From Pavona decussata (lineage: Eukaryota), in assembly GCA_977016875.1 (NCBI GenBank), contig CDRNST010000054.1:124001-188000 (forward strand): a stretch of DNA of 64,000 nucleotides. The letters run 5' to 3'. Each line of letters opens with the position of its first letter. Position 1 is the first letter of the stretch. The notes under the pieces are model-generated. The model ran no database searches and was not told where the DNA came from. It saw only the letters and a list, made by a program, of their open reading frames with translations. Positions 11,101 through 23,267 of the stretch are shown one piece after another. The translations under genes and the position numbers were made by a program.

Positions 11101-13391
11101 AGTCCTGCCCAACATACCACAGGACCATAGTTAGCGTCGAGTATGGTAAGGAAATCCAGCAGTGGTTTCCTTTAGTGCTATTAACATACTACTACGATGG
11201 GCGCCAAATGAAGTTTGAAGTGCAATCTCATGGACATAGGAAGAAAAATAAGCTGGCACACGTTAGGACGAAGAAGAGCACCAAAGATTTGATGACGGAA
11301 AATCTCAAACAGCAGGGCACAAAGAGGGCTCTTTTTCAAACAGTGAAACAAGCAGGTGGAGTTTGTGGAGCTGAGAGTCAAGGTTCACTGCCAAGGAATG
11401 TGCGACAAGCCATCCATTTAAAGAATAAAGAAAGCAGAAAAGTCCCTTCAGCATCAAAAGATCCTTTAGCGTCAGTTTTAGAACTGCAGAAGAGCACGTT
11501 TCCAGGTTTCATTCGTGATGTTACTTGCAATGACTTACCAACTGTCACACTGTTCACGGACCGACAGATGGATAACTTGATTAAGTTCTGCTGCCATTCC
11601 AGACCAGGTTGGGTGTCTGAGTTAGGAGTGGACGTAACATTTCAGCTTGGTCCGTTCTACCTTCTAGTTACAACCTTTAGAAACACATTGCTTGAAGCTA
11701 AACGATCATCCAATGCCCCTGCATTTCCCGGTCCTATGATGATATGTATGACGAAAGAGGAATGTACATATCTTTCCTTTGTTCATCGCCTTTTGCGAGA
11801 AGTTCCTGGACTGTCCAGTTATTTATACGCAACAGGAACAGATGACGAGACTGGCTTACGAAATGCCCTTGCAGCTGGCTTTCATGGAGCTCACCCTCTT
11901 CTATGCTACATACACAGTGAACGCAATGTAAAAGAAAAAGCCCGCCAGCTTGGTTTGTCGCAGCACGTCACAAGTCGAATCTGCAAAGATGTTTATGTCA
12001 AGTCCGGACTAATCTGGTCAGATTCCTATGAGGAGTTTAACACACGACTGCAAAGTGTTCGTGAGGAATGGGATGCCATGGAAACGTCGGAAAGGGTGGG
12101 CTCACCAAAGTTTTCGGAATACTTCGATCGAAACAAAGTTGGAGATATCCAAAACTGTACAGCAAAATATGTGATGAAAGGTCTTGGACTTGGTGAAGAG
12201 CCTTACCACCAAAATGTACCGGAATCAATGAACGAGATGATGAAGTCCTGGACCTCATTTGTCCCCCAAGAAATGGATTCCTTCATAATTTCTTTGTTTG
12301 ATTTTGTAGAGTCGTTTGATTATGAAGAGGAAATGGCCTGGTTTGGGATGTCAGAGAAGTGGCAAGTGAAAGACGATTATCGTCGCTACATGCCCACAAT
12401 CCAGTATGCTGGTATGTCTCCGGATGAACGCACGAAGGAAATGAAGAGAATTCGAAATGTACGACCTGATAGCAAGGCGTACAAGGCATGCCGTGATTTC
12501 AAGTTTACTGCTAACTCCAAGCAATCAACTAGTGGTAACACTTCCCATTTGTCATCAATTGCAACCACTGTGAACACTGAGCCAACTCTAAGTAGCCTTT
12601 TACCGCACTTTTCTAAGGAGGAGGCATCGTCGATGGTGGAGAAAGCGAAAGTCATCATTCATAACGATGCAATTCGTAAAGGCTTCCAATCTGGAACCTT
12701 CCTGGTGGATAGTGGCTCCCAGCTTCCACACAGAGTTTCATGCCTGAAGAGTGGCAAGGTCTCTTGCCCTTGCACACATTACACACGAAACAACATGTGC
12801 CAGCACTCGGTGGCAGTGGCAATCCACACAAATTGCTTTGAGAAGATGGTATCACAGTATTCTGGAAGAAACCTCACTAGAGTTGCTACCTCAACCGCCC
12901 CAAAGAACGTGGGATCCAAAGCACCACCTTCCAGAAAACGCAAGGCTTCAGTGGATACTCCTCCCTCAGAGATCAGAAATGCTGAACACGATGAGCAGCA
13001 GTTAACATCCGAAGCAGTAAATGATACGACCATTGTGATCAGGAAAGCGCCAAAGCCCAGCGTCCCTCCTCCAACTGCCCCTCTAGTCCTCAAGGAAATC
13101 ACTGGTGGAATTAGAAAATGCGCTGGTTGCTGCAAACCCCTAGCCACGAGTATACCTGGCTATAACGCTGAACAGGACCAAACTTTGTGCTTCGGACGAT
13201 TTGAGGCTTACAGTTACTGGAACAAAACCGATGGTTCCTACAAAGTAGCTACTTCTACCCGCCATTATCACTTGAATCCTGTCTGTACAAAGGTCCAGGA
13301 TGCAGTAGTTAAGATCGACTTGGGTAGTGTGGTACCTGACGTCCATCTTCGTGCATTGATCGCAGAAAGATTTAACTACCATTTGCCTTGA
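8173..13391 (+). CDS. MULE transposase with SWIM zinc finger; predicted exons 8173-8182, 8303-8339, 8460-8498, 10117-10159, 10629-13391
   Basis: 906-aa open frame with LGVDVTF (D1), GTDDETGL (D2), CYIH (CxxH), NVPESMN (E), SWIM CPCx7CQH and a C-terminal CAGC...HYHLNPVC. Four upstream GT-AG micro-exons join in phase to give MAEDMYGDLSSSDSDSVGVYEKDQDKTTEIASEVQVLHDDIIEVVSNSGDEETVDIPM... Confidence 0.88.
9542..9708. other. Assembly gap (N run)
   Basis: Run of n characters. Confidence 1.
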
Positions 13392-15462
13392 TCTTTAACG
13401 CTGAAAAGGAACAATATATGGATGCACCCAGCGTTATTGTACGCAATCACATTTATTCAATTAGAATCGCGTTCATTAAGTTTCTTTGAAGTATTGCTAT
13501 ACATTCTTTAGGCCGGTATGATTATGAATTCACACTGGGAAGAATTCAAAAATGCCTACACAGTGCCTACAGTCAGTAAATCCACAAGAAGCGTGCCCAA
13601 AATTTGACTAGAAGCGAATCAAAAGGAAAGAAAACATTAGGCAGTTTCAAGCATGTTGGTAGTTTCAGAATAAAATAATAATTCCTTTACTTCAATCATT
13701 TCTTGTAAGAGAACTAGTCAGATGAACGAAGTTCGACAACTATACTACAGGCTTCATTTATACTTGCAGTGGTCAGCGTTAATAGTGATAAATCCGGAAT
13801 CACAGTGTTTCTACACTTCGGTTAAAGTGTCATTTTACCGATAGTCAGTATTGTATCCAAGTGGTGACAGAGCTAGATGAAGAGCTGATTAATTCAGTTT
13901 AACCGAATAGCCATCTATGTCAGTGCATGTACAGCTGTTTCAATAAGTACATATGTAGGTGGTCGGATATAAAGACTCAAGCCCAAGGTGGTATGGGTAG
14001 TTGCAGAAGCCCATTACTAGAAGTACATAATTATGGAATTCTGGTAGTTGGAAATCCATCTAATTTTCACGGTTTTCAGAGCGATAGGATGTGAGGAAAT
14101 GCCATAGTTTAAACCAAAAATTGACGTTAGAAAGAGCAGCAGCTACTCCAAGCTGCTACTGTCAGTAAAAAGAAAAGAATGTGACTTTGTTAAGATTTGC
14201 TTTTAGAACTTTCATTTGGACTGGATCAACCATTTAATGTTGACATTGATTATTCAGTGGTTTATATTTTCAAGTATGTTATTATTTTAATAAGCTTTGT
14301 TGATATTACTGAGTTCGTTAGTCGATCGTTTTTAAGATTAATTTTCGTGTTATCAGGTAATGTTCTCTTAAAATTCAATTACTGATAGACTTTTGTACAG
14401 TATGCTTTACTTTCCTCGCTAAACTACATAAAAACATGGCTTGGCAACTATTCCGATGTAAAACAGCTAAACCTCTTCTCAGTCTTTTGTGGGGTCCTCG
14501 GTAACTGGTCGAGAAAACTGAAACTCAGTTTTGATTTCTATGAAACGGTTTACATGTAAGTGACATGAAAAACGTCACTAAAATGCAAGTATTATTCTTA
14601 CTTTTCGGCTTTACATAAATGCTCGAGCATAATGTACAAAAAGCCAATTGATGAGCATCTCAGTTTCAGTTCATGTAATAAATTGCATGTATTTAATAAT
14701 GTATTTAATAATTATAATTTTTTAAGTGAGTCAGCAAGTGGACCGACTACAAGTAATAATAAATTTACCCATGTTCAGGTTGAACGTAACGAATAATTAC
14801 TGAACTTCGGCAACTACATACGTTGTTGTTTACAGACTGCTATTCTCATGATCATCTCGCGCAGAGTTCTAATTTTAGTTCAATAGGATGGGGTTTTTCC
14901 CAAGGAGATTGGTTATGCAGAGTTGGCCCTCCACCCGATATCTCGAAATGTACACACTGCCCTTCGCGAGCACCTTTTACAACAGATCATAAACGAAACC
15001 AACCTTTTATCTTGTTCCTACTTCATGTGGTGGCACGTGTTTGTTTATACTCCACTAGGTTTCGTTTTATCCGTATTTCTTGACTGCACATGTAAAGTTT
15101 AGTTTAGTTTCGACAACGTACGTATGACTCCAAAAGAATAACAATGGTCTTCTGAATTCTACATCCCGTAATAAAAATACTTGGGACTTGGCCCAGTCTT
15201 TCTCGTTCTGCGTGCGCCTGGACGATTTGTTTAAAAAAGTGTACTCACCAGAAATCAGACCAGACTCAACGATTGCAAAGAAAACTAAATATGGATTGCG
15301 TATAAAACTCAATGGTGGTAAAAGCATAAAATCTCAATTACATAGAAAGTAGAAGGTGAATTACATATTGAACGCCATATTTAATCTGTATTTTATACTC
15401 AGTCCGCAGTCCATCCTTTATTATATTGACAGGTAAAATATGCCTTCGAAAATTTATTAGTG

Positions 15463-15607
15463 GTGATCCATGGACCGGGTCTACAAGGTGTGGTGGTCCA
15501 TGGACCCAGTCCACAGGGGTGGTCCATGGACCGGGTCCACAAGGTGGTCCATGGACCGGGTCCACATGGGTGGTCCATGGACCTGGGTCCATGTTTTGTA
15601 TACGTCC
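15463..15607. repeat. Right TIR with five ~25-bp subrepeats
   Basis: Reverse complement of the left TIR array. Confidence 0.95.
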
Positions 15608-16141
15608 TCTTCATTGACGTGTGGTTTGGGCTCCCGTGGCTCTTTCACACTTTAGTTTCTGGTCTCCAGGAGAAAATATTCCAGGAATTTACCGTAACGT
15701 TCCAAATTCTTTGATGTGCCGCACAAAAATTTAGCTAATTGCGGCTCCTCGTGCCAATGATGCTTATTGGTAACTGACAGGATGTGCATCTCTTTGCAGC
15801 TGTTTTGTCAGTTTAAGGTGCAGTGGATTATTTGTTCTAAATTTGAAACAGACTGCTGATAATCACATACATATTTTTTCCAAAAAGGGTTAGGCTGAAT
15901 TTTTCAGACCTTTGATAGGCTGAGGACACATTCCGTCGTCCCTAAGATTCTATCCCCATGTCATAATAAACATTATTTTGAATGATAACTGAACGAATGC
16001 CATGTACTTGCAATCTGCCACTCTTTTTGTGCGTAGAACAGCCGATCTGAAAGCTGTTGTGAATATAATCTGACTATTTGTACAATAGAAAAAGTGCCAG
16101 ATTACAGGTTTGCCTTTGAATAGCAACCTTATAACTGAATA

Positions 16142-16296
16142 CCATAAAATTCTAAAAATGGCGCCAGGACTTCTCTTTTTCAAATGACTAGTTCGAGGAG
16201 TTTGTCTTCGGAGGGACTTAGAAATAACTGTTGTTTTTTTTGCATTTCGAGTTTAGAGGGATTGTAAACGGAGGAGCTATTTTTAGAATTTTATGG
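16142..16296. mobile_element. Tc1/mariner-type MITE
   Basis: TA-CCATAAAATTCTAAAAAT ... ATTTTTAGAATTTTATGG-TA; perfect 18-bp TIR plus TA. Confidence 0.8.
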
Positions 16297-16367
16297 TAGG
16301 TCACTTGAACAAATAGCTATCTGGCTTACAATAACAAAACATCCCACTGATTTTAGTACACGATTTA

Positions 16368-16518
16368 GGCTGTATTTACATGATACCGGACAAGGTCCAC
16401 TGCTGTTTACATGGGGCCCACACGATTTTGGAATCATTCTGGATTGGTTCAGTGTAAACAGAAGCCCTATCCAAATCATACCAGAGCCACCTGGAACCGG
16501 TCACGTGTAAACATAGCC
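16368..16518. mobile_element. PIF/Harbinger-type MITE
   Basis: TTA on both sides (16365-16367, 16519-16521); TIR GGCTGTATTTACA / TGTAAACATAGCC. Confidence 0.75.
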
Positions 16519-16551
16519 TTAGGAAAATGCCATGGTTGGTATTTTCAGTAC

Positions 16552-17110
16552 TTATTCAGCTCTGAAGCCCATGTATACATTGTCAGGTGCTGGATACTAA
16601 GCACGAATTCTTTTGACTGCACAAGAAGGAATGACTCTTCTGTTACCCTTTCCAAGGTAGCTGTGCTCCCACAAAACAAACTGTCTATAACCAGCCTTTC
16701 CAAAGCTTGACATGCTGTAATCGAGGGGTTCCACCCTGATATCACACCTTGAACGAATTCCCAACTCCAATACATGACGATCAATGCAAAGATTATTGAA
16801 CAGTTTATAGGATGTGGTGCATTCCCTTCTCTGACAGCACCAATTTTTGTCCAGGGTATGCATGCCAATGCAGTTGTGGCAAACACACCACCTTGGGCCA
16901 TTGGTCGGTTTGGGTTCTGGTTCATGCTTGGGGTCCTCATTCTCAAGTAGCCTCCAGGCGTAATCCAGACTTCGTTGCTTTTGCTTTGTTTTACAAGCAG
17001 ACTTGCATTTGCAGTACGTTCTGCTAGGCTGAGGCGGCTGAGACTACCGAGAAGGCTGAGGATCTGGTGAAGCTTCTTCTTCTTCGATCTGGCGACAAAT
17101 GCGAACATCG
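16552..17110 (-). pseudogene. KolX / P2X7 cytoplasmic-ballast-like cysteine-rich protein, degenerate
   Basis: PRWCVCHNCIGMHTLDKNWCC...[47 protein letters not shown] fits the WCxCxxC...CC...AYRQFxxW...[22 protein letters not shown] signature; internal stops. Confidence 0.85.
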
Positions 17111-17454
17111 AAATCAGTTCAAATGAAGGCTTTTAAGTCGACTAAACAGAACTTACCAGACTTCCGTAGTTGTTTACGCATGGAAGTGGTTGCTCACCCA
17201 TCAAAATTTCAAGGCCTGGCATGACTTTCTGTTTACACGCGCTTTGCTTCCCGCTTAGGCCGCCATTTATGAAAACTCTGACTGTGGATCAAAACAATAA
17301 CAGACGCGCGCGTTGCATCTTGGTCGTCAGAGGGTCTTTAATACAATCACAGAAACATGCTTGTTTGGTGTTGTACCTGTTTAAATTGTAAGTATCACTG
17401 TAATCCACTACACTTGTTGTTCAAAACATAAGGTTGAGCTAAAGGTTTCCTTAA

Positions 17455-19280
17455 GGGCCCATTAAAGTATCTCATTGCTAAGCTACCAGGTTGCCACGGA
17501 AGTGCAATTTCACTTGCGGTCAGCCAAAATTTTTCCACATGCTTTTTTCAGGGCTGGCCCGGCGTCGCCGATTCGAATCACGGGTACCTCTTTTTTTTAC
17601 TTTGTTGCAACAAACACAAGAAAAACATTTTGTTTACATTTTTATTTATTAATTCTCTGCTTTACGGTTACAACATGTGAGTTGTGCCTTTAATTTTGAA
17701 ATTGAGTGTTTTGCTTGAAAATGTCATCCACGTACGGACGTAAACAGAAAGCCGCAGCGATGGCTGCATGTCTATGGGGAAATCTTGAAAAGGTGACAGT
17801 ACAAGATTTCCAGTGTCAGGTTGGGAATCGAAATCTCAAAGATGCGGAGACAAACTGCAAACTGCAAAGAAAACTCTCTGTCCCCGGCCTTTTTGACAGC
17901 TCTGAAACTCCCTGACGTCTTTTGCGATAAAACTGTGTGACCCTGTGAACCTGTGTCCGTGAACTGCCCTTCCGAACCTGAGAAACTCCACTTTTTAGAT
18001 ATAACAGATATAAACGAAGCTATGGAGGCCACTAAATTGCAACCACTCTCCCAAGACAGCATGGAGCAGCAGACGGTGAGCAAGGAGGCTTGTAAATTAT
18101 CCTTGAAAGCAGTTTTAGCTCAAGAATTTCATTCTTACATCAAAAATGCTAACCACTTAATAGAAAACCTGACTTATAAAGGTGAGCTCAAAACTTGTGA
18201 TGGACAACTTCTCCTTACAACATCAACCTCGCTTGAGAACCTAATTAACAGTAATTTAAGTAATCTACAACACTGTGACTGTGAAAAAGAAACTAAACTC
18301 GAATTTTGTTCTGTAATACAAAACACAGTTGAAGAGTTCAAGTTCGAGTGTAGTCGATGTGAGAAAAAAGTCAACTTGAAGAGTAGCATTCCTGTCATTA
18401 AAGCCACAACTCATCCAAGATCTGCAATACATTATCTTGTTGCTCTTTCATTCCTTGTCAATGGGCAATATTTCAAAGATTATCACAAAATTCTCGGGAC
18501 TCTCGCTCTGGATCACGTCAGTTCCACTAAGTGGATACATATTATTGAATGGATTGCACCGTTTGTAAAAAGGATCGCCGACTGGAGCGTGCAAGAAGCA
18601 AGAACTGAAGTAGTTCGACGTGGAGATAAGTCATCATCACAGTTTGACGGCTTTTATCTGACTTGTGGCCACTTTTCGAATAACAGCTCAGCTACCGTCC
18701 ACGATGCGAAGACTGGCAAAATTATTGGGTACTCACACCGAACAAAGAGTGGCCAAGGTGCTAACTGGGAAGAGACAAGTGGTGGAGCAGCCTGGCCAAC
18801 AATGCTTAGGCACCAGGCCGCGAAAAAATAACTTTTCTCCTCAATAGATAATTGTAGTTACTGGATTTTAAAATAGTTCGAAAGGACATCATATTTTCTC
18901 AGAATTCAAGCATAAGTTTTGCGGCAAAATGAAAAACCAAAAAAATATGCGCAAAAGAGAGGTCAAAGTAGCACAATTTCCATTCTCATTTTTTTAAATT
19001 TTCATTATAAACCAAAACGCATGCTTAAATTTCTTCAAAACGGCTTTTGAATTGTTATTGTACAGAAAATGCGGAAAAAAGGCTTAAGCCATTTAGTTAA
19101 AATGCTTTTTCTGTTTCTGGTCACGTGACTTTGGGCATGGTCCGATGATGTCATGAACTGGACCATATTTGCCCCCTGTGGGTATTGCCCAAATTTGGTC
19201 CAATTGAAACAAACACGTGCAGAGTTATAGCAAATTGATTTTTTCCTAGCAACGGCATCAAAAGATACTTTAATGGACCC
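17455..19280 (+). mobile_element. Kolobok-type DNA transposon, internally deleted
   Basis: TTAA (17451-17454) / TCAA (19281-19284); TIR GGGCCCATTAAAGTATCT / AGATACTTTAATGGACCC (17 of 18 match). Confidence 0.85.
17721..18790 (+). pseudogene. Kolobok-type transposase, N-terminal half
   Basis: C2C2 region then FDGFYLTCGHFSNNSSATVHDAKTGKIIGYSHRTK..GANWEETSGGA (first catalytic D motif); truncated before the second D. Confidence 0.75.
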
Positions 19281-19302
19281 TCAAGGGAGATAGTTTATTT
19301 AA

Positions 19303-19408
19303 CTCCTTCCAATCCCAAAGTGTCTCTTAATTAACAAGTAAAATCGTCTCAGTGGTATTAGAGAGTCAGATTCTTAAATCTATAAAGTCACTCTTGGGAG
19401 TGAAAGGG
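19303..19408. mobile_element. Short piggyBac-type MITE, degenerate
   Basis: TTAA-CTCCTTCCAATCCCAAAG ... CTCTTGGGAGTGAAAGGG-TTGA. Confidence 0.6.
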
Positions 19409-19599
19409 TTGATGTACACTTTCTGAATTTGTGTGAAAAGTAATGTGGTCACAATACAACACCACAGACAAGTAAACATTGAAAGTGAGATGAGAAAGAA
19501 ATCGTTATGAACTTTACAGAGAGCAATGTAAACAAGGGAGACTGTTGATCAGAAAAGGAAAAGAAATTGTATTACAACAACTGGTCTCAACCACTCAAC

Positions 19600-20428
19600 A
19601 GGGAACTTAAGCACCAGACGTTTTCTACGGGGCGACGGCGACCAGAAGTCAAATTTACTTCCGATCCACGTTTCCGCCGACATGGTCAGCCGTCGCGACT
19701 CGGCGCCGACTTTGTTTTGCTTATTTTGACGTCGCGTGTAAAACGTGAGTTTCGCCTTGATGATTTTCGTTCCTTTATATCATTTTGCCCTCAATGTTTT
19801 GTACTTATCGATGCTTAAAATATTATTGTCGTGTTGGCGCTTGTACGAGTAATTGTCAAGTATTTACAGTCATTTTTTGAACTTTTAAGCCTCTAGCGTG
19901 AAGATGGCTATCTAAAAACAACCTGTAATGGAACTGACAGATGACCACGACATTCTCCTGTTGCGTTAAATGATTGCTAGCGAATTGTTTCAGTTCAAGA
20001 AGGGCAGTCCAGACCGTGGCAAAATCTGGGAGTCAATCCAGGAAAGATTGAACAAGCTCGATAATCGACTCTGAACTCTGCCAAACATTCGGCTTCGTTG
20101 ATGTCTTCAAGATCAAATCTTGCATACGAACTGTGCGGAAAATCTGGGTTCTTGGAACGGCAGCTCTCCCACAAGACCAAGAATTTTTCATCAGAAATTA
20201 TTTTACCATCATATGCTAGCCGAACAGCATCTCTATTGTTTCACGAAAAGGCATTTTTCACAGAGGTCTTCTCAAGCTTTCGATGCAGTTTTTGAAAGGG
20301 TTGCAGTCGCAAAAACACCTCTTTGCTTAAGTTTGGTTTTTGCCGGGAACGACGGCGCCCTCTTACCCAGGCTGGCTCGTTTGTAGACGTCGCTGTCGCC
20401 CCCAAAACGTCCGGTGCTTAAGTTCCCT
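19600..20428. mobile_element. PIF/Harbinger deletion derivative
   Basis: TIR AGGGAACTTAAGCACC(A/G)GACGTTTT at both ends; 3-bp TSD AAC; convergent 5' stubs of a Myb/SANT-like gene (+, 19928-20065, MELTDDHDILLLR*MIASELFQFKKGSPDRGKIWESI) and a HARBI1-like transposase (-, 20254-20065, RFDLEDINEAECLAEFRV). Confidence 0.85.
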
Positions 20429-21221
20429 AACAGGTATGCAAGGGCACTACACAAGAACTCCTCAAACATGTTGATTCCATGGATGGATCTGCAGACATTA
20501 AGTTACAATAATATAATGTATAATATATAACAAGAGCTTTGAGATGTCTGCCAGAAATACTTAAAACTTAAATCATTAGCTCAGATTCATGTATTATTTT
20601 CAACACTTATAGATAACTGAGGAGAACAATAGAAGTGAGGAGGTAATAATAGCAGACTTCATTTACGGTTATCCACGGTTACAAGAAACCTTGATTATTG
20701 TCAACTTTTAAATTGAATGGCTTGTGGTTGAGTTTTTAGATAGATTATTTTCATTCTCTTTTGCCAGATGTAATCTTGGTCAAAAATGGACATCAACTGT
20801 ACTTGAAAACTATATGTTTTAGAATCACTCAGGAGGCCCAGGGGTGAAACTTGATGTTCATACCTATGAGAGAAATGGATGGACCAAGAGCTAGTCTTGT
20901 GAGTGAATGTCAATGAGATTGAGTTCTTAGCAAGGGTTTCAATAAAAGCTGCTGCAAGGATCCTTAAAAGTTCTCAGATATTAGGAAAGAACATGTTATT
21001 AGCATGCGTCTCTATAAGGCTGGTTATTGAAACTTCGTCTGGCTCTGCTTGACGCTTCCAGTAATTGGTCCAGCAAAACAGGTCATTTTCAAAGGTTGGC
21101 GGAAGTTGCCACAGTACCAATTTCATCTTGGCTTCTTTGGACTTCATGACGATTACAGTAGGAATGAGAGCACAGAGTTCATAATGAGCCTACTGATTAT
21201 ATTGATTATAGAGTTTGTAAT

Positions 21222-21380
21222 GGAACAGCGATGGGAACGAAAATGGCTCCATCCTACACCAATGTTTTCATGGGAAAATTTGAAGAAAACGCCCTAGCAT
21301 CTGCTACACATTCTCCCCTCATTTGGTGGCATTACATCGATGACATTTTTCTCCTTTGGACACATGGCGAAGATCAATTA
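21222..21380 (+). pseudogene. Penelope-like reverse transcriptase fragment
   Basis: GTAMGTKMAPSYTNVFMGKFEE...IWWHYIDDIFLLWTHGEDQL. Confidence 0.85.
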
Positions 21381-21384
21381 AGGT

Positions 21385-22480
21385 AACGCTAAGGGCGTTG
21401 GAACGTGTTCAAAAGTGTAACCAGGGATGTTTGGAAGGCCCATATTCTGATTAGAATTGTTGATTTTTGTTTCTGTGACTCCTATTATATTGAAGTAAAA
21501 ACCCAATTCATGTAAATAATGAGTCACTAGATCATCGAGATTACGATTTAGGCTTCTAATGTTATTATGAAATATTGATAGGCTGGATTCAATTTGATCT
21601 TTGGAAAGATTACAAATAAACTGCTTAAGACTGTGTGGAGAAAAATAACGGCTTCTAATACATTGACTCATTAAACCATCATTATCAATTTCATTCGTAT
21701 CAAAGGCTATATTGACATGAAATAAATCCAAATCGTATAAGCTATGGAATTTGTCCAGGTCTTGCTTAGTCGGGAGCTCACTATGTAGAGAATTATTAAG
21801 TTGGCCATGGGCAAGGACTAAGTTACCTTTAAAATTAAAGTACGGTCGTTCCTTTAGTAAAAATTCAGTAAGTTTTTGTTGGTGCTTGGCACTGGTCCGC
21901 GCATTTCTAGGTTTTATAGGCATTTGGTCAATTTAAAGGGATTTAAATGAAATGTGCAAATTTCATAATTCATGAGTACTTAGCTTTGAGAGTATTGGCA
22001 ACAGGGGTGATCACTCCACAGGCCCGGTAGACGTGCTGAATGTCGCATTGAGCTCAGAAAGGCCGGCAAATTTGTAAACAGCAGATTCTTGTGGACTGGT
22101 AACTGTATGATTCAAATGCATCTATTGATTTCTGGATGCGAGCGCAGGCCTCGGATATCTTTTCGAGCCTTGACCTAATTTCTTTGAGCTCATTAGTGGC
22201 ACTAACTTAAAAAGCCATGGCAACATCGTACTTGGCAGAAACAAATTCCACAGAATCGGCTTTGTCTGATGATAGTGTTTTGCCGCCATTACTTGACAAA
22301 CTCACACCAGGTTTCTATTCTTCTATTTTGTCGGTTAAATCTTGTGAAACCTTCTCTAGTTTCACTTTTAGTTCCGCTACTTCATCTCTAAGTTCTTTGT
22401 TAGCTTTTCGCAATTTCTTTTCGTTAGTCATGTTGTTTGGTACTCGCAACTCCACTCCGCAACTCTGCTCTGCACCGCAC
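21385..22480 (-). mobile_element. 5' fragment of a CR1/L2-group LINE (ORF1 stub and APE endonuclease start)
   Basis: HNNIRSLNRNLDDL...FNIIGVTETKI...IPGYTFEHVPTPLA; upstream coiled-coil stub NNMTNEKKLRKANKELRDEVAELK...SVEFVSAKYD. Confidence 0.7.
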
Positions 22481-22499
22481 GTGCACGGGCACTCTGTCC

Positions 22500-22955
22500 A
22501 GTAAAAGTAATGCCACTGTTCGCTTCCAGTACTGTACTATTGAATCTGTTGGGAGTGTTATCCCGATTCCAATATCTACTGCAAACACACGGACATTGTT
22601 CTGTAGACTCCACTGAAAGAGTTAAGACCTTTTCGTACAAACATTCAAACGACGCCTTTCAATTTCATTTCCAGTATACTTCAACTAGGTGGCCTTGTAG
22701 AGCAACAGTGAATGGTCGCATTGGTTCCAAAAGTTCCTTTGCACAAATAAAGCTCATATATGTGAGAAGTTGACACGGTGTGCCTCAGTCCATTGTTTTA
22801 GTGTATGTGTGTCCCAGCTCCATTCTTCATCATTCGGGTAAAAGCGTTCGTAGAGTCATTTGTGATACTTTGGATCCCTTATATATTTTAACCTTGAACG
22901 ACCCCGAAGAGGGGGGTGGCTAGCCACCCATTCAACCCCCCTGGATCTACCCCTG
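22500..22955 (-). mobile_element. hAT transposase fragment (THAP12/ZMYM1-like) with a CAGGGG terminus
   Basis: Frameshifted WSWDT...FICAKELLEPMRPFTVALQGHLVEVY...RDNTP..QYWKRTV; terminal CAGGGGTAGATCCAGGGGG on the minus strand. Confidence 0.6.
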
Positions 22956-23267
22956 ATGGTCATTGCCATCTATTCCACTATTGGTAGCCACTTTTGAAAA
23001 AAGTTATTGAAACCCCTGCCTTAGACGGATCCTTTTTCTTCTCTTTTGGCAAGCAACCCGGGATAAATGTGGAGGAGAAAGAGAAGGAGGTATGTATATA
23101 TGTTAAAACCACTGCAGTTATAACGTTTAACAATGCAATAAAATTATTAAGTGGAAAAAAAACTCAAATGAGTTTATATCCATTTTAACCAAGTAGGCAT
23201 GTACATTCAAATGAAAACTAGAAGAAAAACTTGATACTTATGGTCCACTGGATGGACCAACCAGAAA

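Larger units (their letters stand above)
7980..15607 (+). mobile_element. Mutator/MULE DNA transposon, apparently full length
   Basis: Perfect 9-bp TSD TCTTCATTG (7971-7979, 15608-15616); TIRs begin GGACGTATACAAAACATGGACCCAGGTCCATGGACCACCCATGTGGACCCGGTCCATGGACCACC, identical at both ends; internal MULE transposase ORF. Confidence 0.95.

Noticed and set aside
15338-15714. MDPGPWTT-type ORFs (also 7924-8358)
   Set aside because: Translations of the GC-rich TIR arrays
16545-17108. 187-aa minus-strand ORF
   Set aside because: Alternative frame; the conserved ballast/KolX motifs are in the frame of 16597-16863
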